Assembly (NCBI GenBank): GCA_026390015.1
Contig: JAPLGS010000103.1
Coordinates: forward strand, 41,941-105,940
DNA: 64,000 bases
DNA from: Chloroflexota bacterium
GTDB lineage: Bacteria > Chloroflexota > Anaerolineae > Anaerolineales > Villigracilaceae
Direction: 5' to 3'
Position 1 is the stretch's first letter, and every line of letters starts with the position of its first letter. The notes beneath the pieces are model-generated. The model saw nothing but the letters and a program-made list of their open reading frames with translations. It was not told the origin of the DNA and searched no databases. This document shows positions 18,626 to 28,404 of the stretch, piece by piece. Position numbers and translations under genes: made by a program.

Positions 18626-19858
18626 ATGTCAAAACGCATAATAAATATTCTGATCGCCACGGCGGGCTTATTGCTGCTGTCCATTGCGATATATCAGATT
18701 CCAAGAGTAAACGCGGCTATCGCATGGCGCGCTGAAAAATTTTTACTATACACTAAAAACACCATCAACCCACCCGGGCCTGTGCCCACCGCTTTACCTG
18801 TTACGCCCAAACCGATGCCCCCCACACTTGCATACACACCCGCTCCGCAGGGTGATCAATCACCATCTGTTACACCTACAGCGACCTTTCCGCCTTTGCC
18901 CGCGCAGGCTTCCATCACTTCACCTGAATATGAAAAACAAACCCCAAACAATTGCGGTCCAGCTACGCTTTCGATGACCCTGCACATGTATGGTTGGAAG
19001 GGAAGTCAGGCTGACATTGCCAGTTTTATTAAACCCGTTATAGGTGACCGCAACGTAAATCCAGAAGAGCTGCGTTACTACGTCCGCACGCAGGCAGGCT
19101 GGCTAAACCTTGAATACCGGGTGGGCGGAAGCATTGATTCGCTCAAACGCTTGATCGCAGCAAACTACCCGGTTATGGTGGAAAGCGTCACATCACTTAA
19201 TCCCAATGACGCGCTCGGCCCAACCGATGATCTTTGGGCGGCTCATTATCTTCTCCTGACAGGCTACAACGACAGCACTCAAACCTTCACCATTCAGGAT
19301 TCCTATCACGGCGCAGATTTAAAGATCGCCTACTCCAAACTCGAAAAAGAATGGAAGCCGTTCAACAACCTCTACATCGTGATATATTTTCCGCAATTTG
19401 AAGATGAGATGAAAACCCTGCTCGCTTCAAACTGGGACCCAGACCTGAATCGGCAAAATGCAATGGATGCATCTCAGACAGATTCTGCCAAAAATCCCAA
19501 AGATGCTTTCGCGTGGTTCAACCTTGGCAGTAATCTCGTTTATTTTGACCGTTACGAAGAAGCCGCTCTCGCCTACGACAAAGCGCGTGCAATCGGATTG
19601 CCCCTGCGAATGTTCCGTTATCAGTTCGGGCCATTCCTTGCCTACTTCCACTCAGGCCGAAACGAAGATCTACTTGTGCTGACAGATTACGCGAGAGGCG
19701 TTACTGAAATGTCTGAAGAAACTTGGCTGTGGTATGGTTTCGGGTTATATCGAAATGGCGATTATGCCGGGGCACGCAAGGCATGGCAAAAAGCAGCCAA
19801 GATCAATCCCAATTTTTACGAAGATCAGGCGCAAAAAGCGCTCGATCTGATTCAATAA
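18626..19858 (+). CDS. Membrane-anchored C39-like cysteine peptidase with C-terminal TPRs
   Basis: YEKQTPNNCGPAT (Gln, Cys), HYLLLTGY, QDSY, then TPR repeats. Confidence 0.82.
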   Translation: MSKRIINILIATAGLLLLSIAIYQIPRVNAAIAWRAEKFLLYTKNTINPPGPVPTALPVTPKPMPPTLAYTPAPQGDQSPSVTPTATFPPLPAQASITSPEYEKQTPNNCGPATLSMTLHMYGWKGSQADIASFIKPVIGDRNVNPEELRYYVRTQAGWLNLEYRVGGSIDSLKRLIAANYPVMVESVTSLNPNDALGPTDDLWAAHYLLLTGYNDSTQTFTIQDSYHGADLKIAYSKLEKEWKPFNNLYIVIYFPQFEDEMKTLLASNWDPDLNRQNAMDASQTDSAKNPKDAFAWFNLGSNLVYFDRYEEAALAYDKARAIGLPLRMFRYQFGPFLAYFHSGRNEDLLVLTDYARGVTEMSEETWLWYGFGLYRNGDYAGARKAWQKAAKINPNFYEDQAQKALDLIQ

Positions 19859-19868
19859 CTCAATCTTA

Positions 19869-20816
19869 ATGAAAAAAATCATCCTGCCCCTCACCATTTT
19901 TTTTCTTTTGGCTTGTCAAAACACAAGTACAACCCTGCCGCCTTCAACAAACACGCCACGCCCATCTGATACACCTGCGCCAACTCAAGTACCTGCTACG
20001 CCAACACCAGAAAACACATCAACACCTCTTCCCACTGCAACGCCGTTCTCTGTGAAAATATCATCCACTGACGGGATGACACAACTCTTTGTCCCGGAAG
20101 GGATATTAATCATGGGCGGCTTGGATGTTCTGCGTGACAGTGATGAGATCCCTGAGCATCAGGTAAAGATCAACGCGTTCTGGATCGATCAAGTGGAAGT
20201 GACCAACGGCATGTATGCCTTATGCGTCAAAGCCGGCACTTGCCGGTTGCCGGTTCTACTCAATTCAAATCTACGCTCTGATTATTTTAGTGATCCTGAA
20301 TTCCGCGATTATCCCGTTATCCATGTCGCATGGCTTGACGCGAGCACATATTGTCAATGGGCTGGCCGTCGACTTCCCACCGAGGCGGAATGGGAACGTA
20401 GTGCCCGCGGCGATGATATGCGTACCTTCCCTTGGGGTGATGAACCGCCGAATGCAAATAATTCCAATTCCGGAAATACTGTCGGTGATACTTCACGGGT
20501 GGGTTCTTACGCTGAAGGAGCAAGCCCTTTTGGCGCATTGGATATGGCTGGCAATGTATGGGAATGGGTATCAGATTATTACACAGCGTACTATTACTCA
20601 TCGTCTCCGCTTGAAAACCCAGCCGGCCCGGCAGACGATCTTGGGACTCATTTGAAAGTGATCCGAGGCGGTTCTTTCCAGGATACACTTTTAAATTTAC
20701 GCATCGCAAATCGCGGCTATGAAGTTGGACCTGATCCATTTGCGACACCGCTTACAGGGGAATACTATGGTCACAGTTCGGTGAGTATTGGCTTCAGATG
20801 CGCGACTGATCATTAA
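19869..20816 (+). CDS. Lipoprotein with FGE-sulfatase (SUMF1/EgtB/PvdO) fold domain
   Basis: Lipobox LLAC; FWIDQVEVTN, PV..V.W.DA..YC.WAGRRLPTEAEWE, DMAGNVWEWV, RGGS, IGFRC. Confidence 0.88.
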   Translation: MKKIILPLTIFFLLACQNTSTTLPPSTNTPRPSDTPAPTQVPATPTPENTSTPLPTATPFSVKISSTDGMTQLFVPEGILIMGGLDVLRDSDEIPEHQVKINAFWIDQVEVTNGMYALCVKAGTCRLPVLLNSNLRSDYFSDPEFRDYPVIHVAWLDASTYCQWAGRRLPTEAEWERSARGDDMRTFPWGDEPPNANNSNSGNTVGDTSRVGSYAEGASPFGALDMAGNVWEWVSDYYTAYYYSSSPLENPAGPADDLGTHLKVIRGGSFQDTLLNLRIANRGYEVGPDPFATPLTGEYYGHSSVSIGFRCATDH

Positions 20817-20852
20817 AATAGGAACAGGTCATCGGTCGAAAAAGAAACGGTT

Positions 20853-21557
20853 TTAATCCTCCAAAAAACTATAGCCCCCAGGCCACGTCTTGATGAAGTT
20901 TTTTTCATTCGTTTCTTCTTCCAGTTTTTTTCGCAGACGGTAAACAACATTTTTTAACAAGACCACATCCCCCTCAGCCCCCCACACAGTTTGAATGATC
21001 TCTTCAGCAGGAAAAACGTAACCAGGGCGGCTCATCAAAAAGTGCAAAAAACGAAACTCAAGATTGGTCAGCTTGATCTCATGGTTGTTTGTGCCAATTG
21101 CCGAGCGATGGGATGGATCGAGGCGCAGGCGGCCAGAGTGACGCTGGGTCATTGGCTCACTCCAACTGCGGCGTGACCAGGCGATGATCTTGGCAAGGAA
21201 AATGGCAGGGCTGATTGGTTTGATCACGCACTCATCCACTCCATTTTGGTAAGCCTCAAGTATTTCGGACTCATTATTGGTCGGCAGAAAAAGCAAGATC
21301 GGACTTGCGCTCAAGGAGCGAAACTGACGGCATAATTCAATGCGCTGCACATGCGAAGCATTCACATCGATGACGATCAGATCGGGGATCTCCTCAACAG
21401 AACGATTCATGGCGCGCTGGACGGAAGTCTCAAGAATGGCGACAAGCCCTTTATCTCGGATGATATATCCCCAAATTGGGGCAGTCGCATCCTGGTCACA
21501 AACGACGAAGACACGGGGTGTATTTTGAGAGGTTAATGAGAAATTTAATGTATTCAT
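20853..21557 (-). CDS. OmpR-type response regulator with atypical receiver domain
   Basis: DLIVID (Asp) and IKP (Lys) are retained; wHTH LTNLEFRFL..LM...VW...VYRLRKKLE. Confidence 0.85.
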   Translation of the reverse strand: MNTLNFSLTSQNTPRVFVVCDQDATAPIWGYIIRDKGLVAILETSVQRAMNRSVEEIPDLIVIDVNASHVQRIELCRQFRSLSASPILLFLPTNNESEILEAYQNGVDECVIKPISPAIFLAKIIAWSRRSWSEPMTQRHSGRLRLDPSHRSAIGTNNHEIKLTNLEFRFLHFLMSRPGYVFPAEEIIQTVWGAEGDVVLLKNVVYRLRKKLEEETNEKNFIKTWPGGYSFLED

Positions 21558-21729
21558 AATGTGTTATTTTGATGGTAAAACCATGTTTCTGGCTAATTAC
21601 AAAGCTGTAAACAGATTATATACCAATTAGTCGTAAATGGTCGTATTATTTTACCGAAATGTTACTTTTGGGGGATATAGAATATAAGCATCCCTTTGTA
21701 TACTTGAAGCATATCACAAAGGAGAAAAG

Positions 21730-22668
21730 ATGAAAAAGATATTCCCAATTCTAGTTTTTGTTACTTTATTTGCCTCGGCCTGCCAAGCCGCAGGATCACA
21801 GGCGCAGCCGACCGCGCTGTCTTTGCCGACCGCCTTCCCAACGAATACTCCTCCCGCCATAAATGCCCCCGCTGAAGTTAGCAGTGGCAATAAAGCGGGC
21901 GAAGAACGCGTTTCCTCCGTGGATGGTATGCCTCAGGCATATATCCCAGACGGCACGTTCCGCATGGGAGCCTTGGATGTCGATCATCAAAGAGATGAAG
22001 AGCCCGCCCACAACGTAACCCTCAAGGCATTTTGGATGGACAAATTGGAAGTGACCAATGCCATGTTCACCTTGTGCGTGAAAGCCGGTGGATGTGAACT
22101 TCCGCAGACATTAAAATCCGGCACGCGCGAGTCATATTTTAATAATGCTGAATTCAATGACTTCCCGGTCGTGTACGTGACTTGGTACCAGGCATCCACA
22201 TACTGCAAATGGGCAGGCCGCCGTTTGCCGACCGAAGCTGAGTGGGAACGTGCCGCCCGCGGTGATGACTTCCGCACCTATCCATGGGGCGATGATCGTC
22301 CTGATTCATCACGTGGCAACTTCAACTACTTCGTAGGCGACACCACCCGCGTGGGCAGTTTCCCGGCAGGTGCAAGTCCATTTGGTGTGCTTGACCTGGC
22401 CGGCAATGCAGCGGAATGGGTAAACGATTATTATGATAGCAACTATTACGCTCAGGGCGCTTCCGTAAATCCACCTGGCCCGGGAGAACGCAATAAATTC
22501 TTCAACCGTGTGGTACGCGGCGGTACTTATCAGGATGCTTTTAAAGATGTCCGCCTGGCAAACCGCGCTTCAGTACTGGGTTCAAACCCAAACGCGGCGG
22601 ATGCGTATTCCACCGAGTACCTTGGAGAATTTTCGCCGAAGATCGGTTTCCGCTGTTCATCAGATTAA
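21730..22668 (+). CDS. Second FGE-sulfatase fold lipoprotein (paralog of 19869..20816)
   Basis: Lipobox ASAC; FWMDKLEVTN, RRLPTEAEWE, DLAGNAAEWV, RGG, IGFRC; aaggag RBS. Confidence 0.88.
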   Translation: MKKIFPILVFVTLFASACQAAGSQAQPTALSLPTAFPTNTPPAINAPAEVSSGNKAGEERVSSVDGMPQAYIPDGTFRMGALDVDHQRDEEPAHNVTLKAFWMDKLEVTNAMFTLCVKAGGCELPQTLKSGTRESYFNNAEFNDFPVVYVTWYQASTYCKWAGRRLPTEAEWERAARGDDFRTYPWGDDRPDSSRGNFNYFVGDTTRVGSFPAGASPFGVLDLAGNAAEWVNDYYDSNYYAQGASVNPPGPGERNKFFNRVVRGGTYQDAFKDVRLANRASVLGSNPNAADAYSTEYLGEFSPKIGFRCSSD

Positions 22669-22679
22669 ATTAAAAAGCA

Positions 22680-22721
22680 TAGATATTCAGGCCGCCAATT
22701 TCTTGGCGGCCTGAATATCTA
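22680..22721 (+). terminator. Strong hairpin terminator
   Basis: Perfect stem tagatattcaggccgccaa / ttggcggcctgaatatcta followed by ttattttg. Confidence 0.8.
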
Positions 22722-22756
22722 TTATTTTGGGGCTTTTCATCAATTACTCATTTTAT

Positions 22757-22785
22757 TTGACGCACCCTGTTAGCTATGGTAAACT
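22757..22785 (+). promoter_or_regulatory. Sigma70-type promoter for the riboswitch-metK transcript
   Basis: TTGACG, 17 nt, TAAACT with a TGn extension. Confidence 0.6.
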
Positions 22786-22817
22786 CCCAAATACAAATCA
22801 ATAGCCCTAATACGGCG

Positions 22818-22925
22818 CTCTTATCCAGAGAGGCGGAGGGAACGGCCCTGCGATGCCTCGACAACCAGTCAATGAAAATTGAATATGGTGCCAAATCCGA
22901 CAGATAGATTTCTGGGAGATGAGAG
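22818..22925 (+). ncRNA. SAM-I (S-box) riboswitch aptamer
   Basis: ctcttatcCAGAG.GGCGGAGGGA.CGGCCC..CGATGCC..GCAACC-like core...ATGGTGCCAAATCC...GAGATGAGAG with P1 ctcttatc/gatgagag; upstream of metK. Confidence 0.93.
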
Positions 22926-22944
22926 GGTATCAGCATTTCATATT

Positions 22945-22980
22945 AATTGCCCTTTCACGTTGAAAGGGCAATTCTATTTT
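22945..22980 (+). terminator. Riboswitch-controlled intrinsic terminator (expression platform)
   Basis: aattgccctttca / tgaaagggcaatt stem plus ctatttt, between the aptamer and the metK RBS. Confidence 0.75.
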
Positions 22981-22996
22981 TAAGGAGAAACAAATA

Positions 22997-24208
22997 ATGA
23001 GTAATACTTTTATGTCTTCGTCCAGTTTGATGTTCACATCAGAATCGGTGACAGAAGGACACCCCGACAAAATGTGCGATCAGATCTCAGACGCAGTTTT
23101 GGATGCCTGCCTTGAACAGGACAATATGTCGCGCGTGGCTTGCGAAACCGCCATCAAGACAGGCTTCGTGGCGTTATTGGGCGAGATCACAACGAATGCT
23201 TATGTCAACTTTGACGAACTCGTTCGCAAGGTCGTAAACGAGATCGGCTATGACAGCAGTGACAAAGGTTTTGACGGAAATACCTGCGCAGTACTTTCAG
23301 CCGTCGCGAGCCAAAGCGCGGATATTGCGCTGGGCGTTGATCACGCCATGGAAGATAAAAGCGGTGAGATGAAGGATGTCGGCATTGAACATGTGGGCGC
23401 AGGCGATCAGGGTATGATGTTCGGTTTCGCTTGCAATGAGACCTCAACCTTGATGCCGATGCCAATTTATATGGCGCATAAATTATCCCGCCGCCTGAGC
23501 GAGCTTCGCAAAGATGGCACTCTGCCCTGGTTGCGCCCTGATGGCAAGAGTCAGGTTACAGTTGAATATTCACAGGGTAAGCCAAAACGAATTGACACCG
23601 TACTTATTTCCACTCAACACGCGCCGGATATTTCACACGCTGAGATCGTTGAACAGGTCAGTGAACATATTATTTATCCATCTCTGCCGGAAGGTTTGGT
23701 TGACAAGAATCTAAAAATATTTGTGAATCCAACCGGACGTTTTGTTATCGGCGGCCCCATGGGTGACGCAGGTGTGACTGGACGCAAGATCATTGTAGAT
23801 ACTTATGGCGGCATGGGGCGGCATGGCGGCGGCGCCTTCTCGGGGAAAGACCCCACAAAGGTAGATCGCTCCGCCGCGTATGCCGCGCGTTATGTAGCGA
23901 AGAACATCGTCGCTGCCGGTCTTGCTGACCGCGTGGAAGTACAAGTCGCTTACGCCATCGGCGTGGCTCACCCGCTCTCTGTCAATGTTGAAACTTTCGG
24001 CACTGCCAGGATCTCAGATGACCGGATCGCCGCGCTCGTCAGTGAATTTTTTGATCTGCGCCCGGGCGCGATCATCCGCGACCTCGACCTGCGCCGCCCG
24101 ATCTATCGCAAGACCGCCGCTTATGGTCACTTTGGCCGCGACGATATCGAATTCCCCTGGGAAAAAACGGATAAGGCCGAGGCGCTGAAGAAAGCCGCCG
24201 GGTTGTAG
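22997..24208 (+). CDS. metK: S-adenosylmethionine synthetase
   Basis: [51 protein letters not shown]. Confidence 0.98.
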   Translation: MSNTFMSSSSLMFTSESVTEGHPDKMCDQISDAVLDACLEQDNMSRVACETAIKTGFVALLGEITTNAYVNFDELVRKVVNEIGYDSSDKGFDGNTCAVLSAVASQSADIALGVDHAMEDKSGEMKDVGIEHVGAGDQGMMFGFACNETSTLMPMPIYMAHKLSRRLSELRKDGTLPWLRPDGKSQVTVEYSQGKPKRIDTVLISTQHAPDISHAEIVEQVSEHIIYPSLPEGLVDKNLKIFVNPTGRFVIGGPMGDAGVTGRKIIVDTYGGMGRHGGGAFSGKDPTKVDRSAAYAARYVAKNIVAAGLADRVEVQVAYAIGVAHPLSVNVETFGTARISDDRIAALVSEFFDLRPGAIIRDLDLRRPIYRKTAAYGHFGRDDIEFPWEKTDKAEALKKAAGL

Positions 24209-24224
24209 ATCAATTCATATTAAG

Positions 24225-24260
24225 CAAAAAAGAGCCTCCGCACGGGGGCTCTTTTTTTGT
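24225..24260. terminator. Bidirectional terminator after metK
   Basis: caaaaaagagcctcc / gggggctctttttttg. Confidence 0.8.
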
Positions 24261-24435
24261 GCCGATTTTTTTACTTTTTTCCACCGAAACGGTTGCGCAG
24301 CTATTCCAAAAGGGAGTCAGAATTTTCCCAGTTGCCTGTTCTTCAATTGGATTTACGTTTTTAGCCTTCCTTATCTGAAACTGCGCCAGACGGAAGCGGA
24401 TGGTTGGTTCAACGTATGGCTCGTTGATGTATATA

Positions 24436-25377
24436 CTAATGCGGCAACCGGAGTCGCTGGCCCATACAGAAAGTCAACGGGCTGGACAGGTTTTGAGGAT
24501 TGCTGGGGACAATCACAGCGAAATCTGCAAGGTTGTTGTCGGTGTCGTAGTAGCTTCCGAATACCCCACCAGGATTTCGCTCGTAACTGCGATCTAAGCT
24601 GCTTGATGCCATTGGGAGCAGTGGACTGCCTTCGAGGTACGAGGTGTTTGCGCACAGGCCTACTTTATCAATGGCAATTCCATGATTGTTGAATAGTGCA
24701 ATACCGCCATTGTCTGCAATTCCAGCCGTGAAATTTAGATCTGGATTATTAACACTCGCCCCCATTGGTGCGGCCAGAAAATGTTGACCGGGCGAGAGCT
24801 GAATACCGGCAGTCACGGTCAGTAATGTTAACGGGCTCGTCCCGCAGCCGCTGGATTTTCTGATCAGCCATCCACCGATGTCTACGGTTTCGCCGCTTGG
24901 GTTGAATATCTCGATAAACTCATCGCCGGCACCGTTTTGTCCATGCGTACGAAATTCGCTGATCAGAATAAGATAAAGTGGAACCGACATCATGGCAGAC
25001 AGAGAGGCAGGAGTTTCTTTTCCTGTAGAAGTCGGCGTAGGAGTGGCTCTCTTCCTTGGGATACGGGTTGATTTGGGAGTGACGGGGATAATTGGAGCGA
25101 TATGCAATACGTGTGTCTTAGTTAACGTGGCAATGATTGCTGAAGAATCTGTTTCGCTGCTTGAGGGGATGGGATCCAAAGTAGAAGTGAAAGTTGATGT
25201 TGTTGTAATATCCCAATCGTTCTTGCTCAGTGTTGCAACTATTACAGGAGATTTTTCCGTCGCTATAGCGCGGAGCTCCAACTCTCGATTCGAACTACAT
25301 CCCGTCGCAGATATGCAAAGGACTCCGCTTGAGATTAATATTGGCAGCCAGCGAAGAAATACCTTCCATCCTCGCAT
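24436..25377 (-). CDS. Putative lipoprotein with lamin-tail domain (LTD)
   Basis: Lipobox-like ATGC; Thr/Pro linker; LISEFRT.G....DEFIEIFNP...VDIGGW and SYER...D.DNN..DF LTD pattern. Start at MRGW after ggag. Confidence 0.72.
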   Translation of the reverse strand: MRGWKVFLRWLPILISSGVLCISATGCSSNRELELRAIATEKSPVIVATLSKNDWDITTTSTFTSTLDPIPSSSETDSSAIIATLTKTHVLHIAPIIPVTPKSTRIPRKRATPTPTSTGKETPASLSAMMSVPLYLILISEFRTHGQNGAGDEFIEIFNPSGETVDIGGWLIRKSSGCGTSPLTLLTVTAGIQLSPGQHFLAAPMGASVNNPDLNFTAGIADNGGIALFNNHGIAIDKVGLCANTSYLEGSPLLPMASSSLDRSYERNPGGVFGSYYDTDNNLADFAVIVPSNPQNLSSPLTFCMGQRLRLPH

Positions 25378-25469
25378 AACACTTAGGCTCCGTTCTACTT
25401 TGAGATAAGAGCACAACCTGGATCGCAATTCTTAATTAGTTTTTTCAAAAATAGTAACTGTGAAGGTAC

Positions 25470-25571
25470 TTATACAGAAAGCGGATGCAATAGCCCTTTG
25501 CCCACAAGGCCAGCTTCAAGAATCACAGCCAAAACGGCCCTGATCAAAAAGGATTTAACAATGCTGCTCAT
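25470..25571 (-). CDS. Unannotated 33-aa hydrophobic small ORF (MSSIVKSFLIRAVLAVILEAGLVGKGLLHPLSV)
   Basis: CAGGAGG RBS 8 nt upstream of ATG; read directly from the sequence, below the ORF-track cutoff. Confidence 0.4.
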   Translation of the reverse strand: MSSIVKSFLIRAVLAVILEAGLVGKGLLHPLSV

Positions 25572-25973
25572 TATGACATCCTCCTGAAAAACAATACCGA
25601 ATCCATGGAGATAACCCATGATTCAGTCAGCCATATCCGCACTTTATTTGGTTTAAAAAATTTATTCTTTAAACTTCGGCATACCTACAATAAAAGCCCA
25701 CTGTGCCAAAAAAACTACCTGTTTATTTTGATGGTTATACCACCAACAGGTTACTTGTCAATGGGGGGATCATTTATTGCTTATTCTGTGCCACCCGCTA
25801 AACCTGCGGACGAGAAAACCCATTATGAGAGTTTCTGAAAACTACTGATTTTCATTGACGTCTCACCGAAAGCGGATAGAATTTATCAAATTTATTCCAT
25901 ACAAAACACACCTGTACCCCATTTTATAATTTCCATCCGAAAGATATAAATCGATCCACACAGGAGAAAAGAA

Positions 25974-28313
25974 ATGAAACGATCAAGCATAATAATTTCT
26001 GTAATCAGTGTTATGGCATTGATAGCCATTGTCATGTTTATGACACGGCCAGCCCCCACCTCAACCTCAAGATTTGCGCCTCTGGCTCCCAATGGTGATG
26101 GCGTCACCACGGGCGGTTCAACCGCATCCACTGGAAAAGGCAGTGACGATCAGGAAGAAGTGGTCAAAGAGATCAAGAACGATCTTTCGCAGCCGTTGAG
26201 TTCCATCACCCCGATCGAAGCGGAACGTGAAGCACACGATGCCGACATGGATAAAGTATTCACCCTGCCCGGACGCGGTACCACTTTGAACGCGAACGCG
26301 CCCGTTCAACTGGATGGCGCCGTGCAAGCTGCCGCGATCGCGCCAAACGCGCCTCTCACCATCGCCAATTTTGACGGTGTCACCAACCTGAGCGGAGTCC
26401 TGCCTCCCGATACTAACGGCGACGTTGGTCCCAATCACTATATGCAGTGGGTAAACCTTACCTTCGCCATCTATAGCAAAACTGGCGCGCTGCTCTACGG
26501 CCCGGCGGCTGGCAACACCTTATGGGCTGGATTCGGCGGCGTCTGCCAGACCAGCAATGATGGCGATCCGATCGTGCTTTATGATCAGCTGGCAGATCGC
26601 TGGATGGTGAGTCAATTTGCAGTGCCGGGCGGCGCTTCAGGTTATCATCAGTGCATTGCCGTGTCGCAGACCGGTGATCCGACTGGCGCCTGGTACCGCT
26701 ACGACTTCCTGTATAGCTCGACCAACATGAACGATTATCCCCATTTCGGGGTCTGGCAGGATGGTTACTACATGACCGTTCATGAATTTGCCAATGGCTT
26801 GACCTGGGCCGGGCAGGGTGTGGCCGTCTTTGAGCGTGACAAGATGCTTCAGGGACTTCCCGCCCGCATGGTCAAATTCAACCTATTCAGCACCGACCCG
26901 AATATGGGCGGCATGCTCCCGACCGATCTGGATGGCCCTGCGCCTGCCGCTGGAACCCCGAACTACTTTGTGGAGCCTGACGATAACGCCGGCGGTTTCC
27001 CTCAAGATCAAGTTCAAGTTTGGGCATTCCATGTCGACTGGTTAAATACACTCAATTCAACATTCACTCGAGTTGCCACGCTCGCGACCGCCGCATTTGA
27101 TTCGAATATGTGCAATGGTGCGCGCGCTTGTATCCCGCAATCAGGCACAACCGCCAAACTGGATGCGATCTCAGACCGCGCCATGTACCGCGCTCAATTC
27201 CGCAATTTTGGTGGCTATCAAACCATCATGTTAAACCATACAGTGGATGCGACCGGCACAGATCGGGCCGGCATCCGCTGGTATGAACTTCGCAACACGG
27301 GCGGCGCTGGTTGGGGAATCAATCAACAAAGCACATTCTCACCCGACGCAACCCACCGCTGGATGGGCAGTGTCGCCATGAACAGCAACGGTGACATTGG
27401 TCTTGGCTACTCAGCTTCGAGCCCCACGATGTTCCCGGCGCTTCGCTACACAGGCCGCCTCGCCGCAGATCCGATCAACAGCATGACTCAAGGTGAAGGT
27501 GTACTGATCCAAGGTACCGGCGCACAAACACACACCGCAGCGCGCTGGGGTGATTACTCCATGCTCTCGGTTGATCCGGTGGACGATTGTACGTTCTGGT
27601 ATACAAGCGAGTACGTTCAAACCACCGGCAGCGCTCCATGGCGCACGCGTATTGGTTCATTCAAGCTAGCCAACTGCGGAGCTCCCGCACCCACCGCCAC
27701 TCCGGCGCCGACAGGTATCCCCACCAATACAGCCATCCCGCCGACCGTGACAAATACTCCGTTGCCGACCAACACCCCATTACCAATCACCAGCACTGGA
27801 TTCCTCGCTCCTTCAGCGAATACTGCAGTTACAGTCAGCGCAGGTGACAACAATGGGTACCAAACCAGCCCCACCAACGCCTATATCGCTGATGGTCTCT
27901 TTGCTACTGACGCAAACAGTGGCACTAGTACCAACACCAGCTGTACATCGAATGCAAAAGATAAGCACCTCTTCTACAACTACAACTTCAACATCCCAAC
28001 ATTGACAGCTGTCAATGGCATTGAAGTCAAACTCAACGCCAAGGTGAGCAGTGCATCCAGCGCACCCAAGATCTGTATTCAAATTTCCTGGGACGGCGGC
28101 ACTACGTGGACGACGGCCAAGAACACGACAACCTTGACCACAACCAACAGCGCCTACACACTCGGAACGGCGGCGGATAATTGGGGCCGCGTTTGGGCAG
28201 TCGGCAACTTCTCGAACGCAAACTTCCGCGTCCGTGTGATCGATGTTGCCAGCTCAACAGCCCGCACGTTCTCACTTGACTCCATCGCGGTCAACGTGAC
28301 GTATCAACCATAA
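25974..28313 (+). CDS. Large secreted/surface protein, beta-rich uncharacterised domain plus Pro/Thr linker plus C-terminal beta domain
   Basis: caggag RBS, N-terminal signal/TM, PPDTNGDVGPNHY...RWGDYS conserved-looking core, PTATPAPT linker. Confidence 0.8.
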   Translation: MKRSSIIISVISVMALIAIVMFMTRPAPTSTSRFAPLAPNGDGVTTGGSTASTGKGSDDQEEVVKEIKNDLSQPLSSITPIEAEREAHDADMDKVFTLPGRGTTLNANAPVQLDGAVQAAAIAPNAPLTIANFDGVTNLSGVLPPDTNGDVGPNHYMQWVNLTFAIYSKTGALLYGPAAGNTLWAGFGGVCQTSNDGDPIVLYDQLADRWMVSQFAVPGGASGYHQCIAVSQTGDPTGAWYRYDFLYSSTNMNDYPHFGVWQDGYYMTVHEFANGLTWAGQGVAVFERDKMLQGLPARMVKFNLFSTDPNMGGMLPTDLDGPAPAAGTPNYFVEPDDNAGGFPQDQVQVWAFHVDWLNTLNSTFTRVATLATAAFDSNMCNGARACIPQSGTTAKLDAISDRAMYRAQFRNFGGYQTIMLNHTVDATGTDRAGIRWYELRNTGGAGWGINQQSTFSPDATHRWMGSVAMNSNGDIGLGYSASSPTMFPALRYTGRLAADPINSMTQGEGVLIQGTGAQTHTAARWGDYSMLSVDPVDDCTFWYTSEYVQTTGSAPWRTRIGSFKLANCGAPAPTATPAPTGIPTNTAIPPTVTNTPLPTNTPLPITSTGFLAPSANTAVTVSAGDNNGYQTSPTNAYIADGLFATDANSGTSTNTSCTSNAKDKHLFYNYNFNIPTLTAVNGIEVKLNAKVSSASSAPKICIQISWDGGTTWTTAKNTTTLTTTNSAYTLGTAADNWGRVWAVGNFSNANFRVRVIDVASSTARTFSLDSIAVNVTYQP

Positions 28314-28336
28314 AGATCAGCAAAGATCCAAGGTTC

Positions 28337-28374
28337 AAAAAAGATGGATGCGATACCACGCATCCATCTTTTTT
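28337..28374. terminator. Bidirectional terminator
   Basis: aaaaaagatggatgcg / cgcatccatctttttt perfect stem. Confidence 0.82.
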
Positions 28375-28404
28375 GTTGGCATAACCTATTTTGCTTTTAA
28401 GAAA

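Noticed and set aside
20853-21557. Orphan response regulator as the partner of the 45-49 kb histidine kinase
   Set aside because: No linkage or sequence evidence; the two genes are 24 kb apart and the receiver is degenerate.
19869-22668. Diversity-generating retroelement targeting the FGE/CLec-fold genes
   Set aside because: The two 3' ends are divergent paralogs, not near-identical TR/VR copies differing at adenines, and there is no reverse transcriptase in the window.
25430-25970. c-di-GMP or other riboswitch in the long divergent intergenic region
   Set aside because: I could not assemble the conserved GGCAAA...GAAA...GACGCAAA or any other aptamer core. An Rfam scan is needed to exclude it fully.
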